DNA from: Candidatus Uhrbacteria bacterium
GTDB lineage: Bacteria > Patescibacteriota > Patescibacteriia > UBA9934 > GWF2-40-263
Length of the DNA stretch: 62,217 nucleotides
Reading direction: 5' to 3'
Assembly (NCBI GenBank): GCA_043808565.1
Contig: JAZDEQ010000032.1
Span: 1-62,217, forward strand
Under the pieces are notes generated by a model, which saw nothing but the letters and a program-made list of their open reading frames with translations, searched no databases and was not told the DNA's origin. Positions 61,387 to 62,217 of the stretch are shown here, piece after piece. Every line of letters begins with the position of its first letter. The first letter of the stretch is position 1. Made by a program: the position numbers and the translations under genes.

Positions 61387-62082
61387 ATGTCTATTTCTAT
61401 TTCTGCGAATAAAAGAGAAATTATTGGCCGGGCTAATAATAAGTCTCGATTGGCCGGTTTGGTTCCTGCCATTGTTTATGGTTCAAACATGCAACCAAAA
61501 AATATTTCGGTTGATCGCAAGGCTTTAACAACTGCTTACAAGGAAGCCGGCGAGAGTACTTTAATTGATTTGGTCGTTGAAGGCGATCAATCGCTTAAAG
61601 TTCTTTTGCAAGATTTACAGCGCGATCCTCTTTTAGGTGAAATCATTCACGTTGATTTTCGCGCGGTTGATTTAACCAAAGAAATTATTACAGAAATTAA
61701 ATTACGTTTCATTGGCGAAGCCCCAGCGGTTAAAGAATTGGGCGGTACTTTGGTTCATACTACCGATGAAATTAAAGTTCGAGCCCTGCCAGCCGCTTTG
61801 GTGGCTTCATTAGAAGTTGATATTTCCAAATTGAAAACTTTTGAGGACGCAGTACGAATTTCCGACCTGGTTTTACCAGCTGGCATAACGGCGGTCGACG
61901 ATGCTGAGGACACTTTGGCTATTGTTACCCCACCACGCTCTGAGGCTGAAATGGATGAGCTTAATAAAGCTGTTGAGCACGACGTTGCCGCTGTAGCCGT
62001 GGCCGAAAAGGAAAAGAAGACCGACGAAAAGGCAGCTGATGGCAAAGAAGAAAAGGAAAAGAAAGAAGAAAAAAAGAAGTAA
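61387..62082 (+). CDS. rplY: 50S ribosomal protein L25 / general stress protein Ctc (long form with Lys/Glu-rich tail)
   Basis: R...G....R..GLVPAIVYG, the L25 beta-barrel, the Ctc C-terminal domain, and a KEKKEEKKK tail. Confidence 0.88.
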   Translation: MSISISANKREIIGRANNKSRLAGLVPAIVYGSNMQPKNISVDRKALTTAYKEAGESTLIDLVVEGDQSLKVLLQDLQRDPLLGEIIHVDFRAVDLTKEIITEIKLRFIGEAPAVKELGGTLVHTTDEIKVRALPAALVASLEVDISKLKTFEDAVRISDLVLPAGITAVDDAEDTLAIVTPPRSEAEMDELNKAVEHDVAAVAVAEKEKKTDEKAADGKEEKEKKEEKKK

Positions 62083-62217
62083 TTAAGTCTTAATAAACCT
62101 CCAGCTCTGCTGGAGAGACATCAATAGGCTCTGCCGTCCCGGCGAGGAATCTTCGAAGGTGTGGTACTGTAAAAACAAGGGAAATGCCTCTTGATAGGGG
62201 TTTGCAAAAAATATATG

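Noticed and set aside
62083-62217. The sequence after rplY contains a hairpin (ctccagc tctg ctggag), GGAGAGA and GC-rich segments. It could be the start of a structured RNA or another T-box-type leader.
   Set aside because: The window ends before any diagnostic downstream element. I could not match it to tRNA, tmRNA, RNase P, SRP or 6S RNA by eye.

Overview
This 62.2-kb window is AT-rich and uses the standard genetic code. It looks like a stretch of a small-genome, Patescibacteria/CPR-like (or otherwise monoderm-like) bacterium. All calls below come from reading the ORF translations and the DNA by eye. No database search, HMM or folding program was run.

Gene content, in order:
- One giant ORF (nt 11-16789, at least 5592 aa, probably cut by the window edge). 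It holds 38 tandem Calx-beta-like units plus 4 longer related units.
- thrS, preceded by what reads as a canonical T-box transcription-attenuation leader.
- A small accessory islet: an AAA+/DUF4143-type ATPase, a P-loop kinase-like gene and a split Bro-N/DinD-like gene.
- A MacA/MacB-like HlyD adaptor, ABC ATPase and FtsX permease.
- A four-helix-bundle (23S rRNA IVS / Avd-like) gene sitting in the loop of a 32-bp inverted repeat.
- miaB.
- A roughly 897-aa hypothetical gene broken at an A12 homopolymer.
- miaA and gatB, both carrying in-frame repeat or palindrome insertions.
- Two paralogous membrane proteins.
- A hicBA toxin-antitoxin cassette flanked by a duplicated folA 3' end.
- A six-gene thymidylate module: dCMP deaminase, Nudix, dUTPase-like, thyA, nucleotide kinase, folA.
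- secE-nusG-rplK-rplA, with unusually long hairpin-filled spacers.
- A major pilin gene, two tandem paralogous six-gene type IV pilus modules and one shared prepilin peptidase.
- A PAS histidine kinase and a CheY-like regulator coupled to the second pilus module.
- gyrB, a membrane protein, a SEDS (RodA/FtsW) protein and L25/Ctc.

The most unusual signals are:
- A dispersed family of low-complexity 'word-repeat' hairpins and arrays at gene 5' ends. One of them carries the four-helix-bundle ORF.
- GC-rich palindromic elements inserted in frame into essential genes.
- The A12-interrupted large gene.
- The giant Calx-beta protein.
- The duplicated pilus modules, one with an LVIVD beta-propeller pilin.
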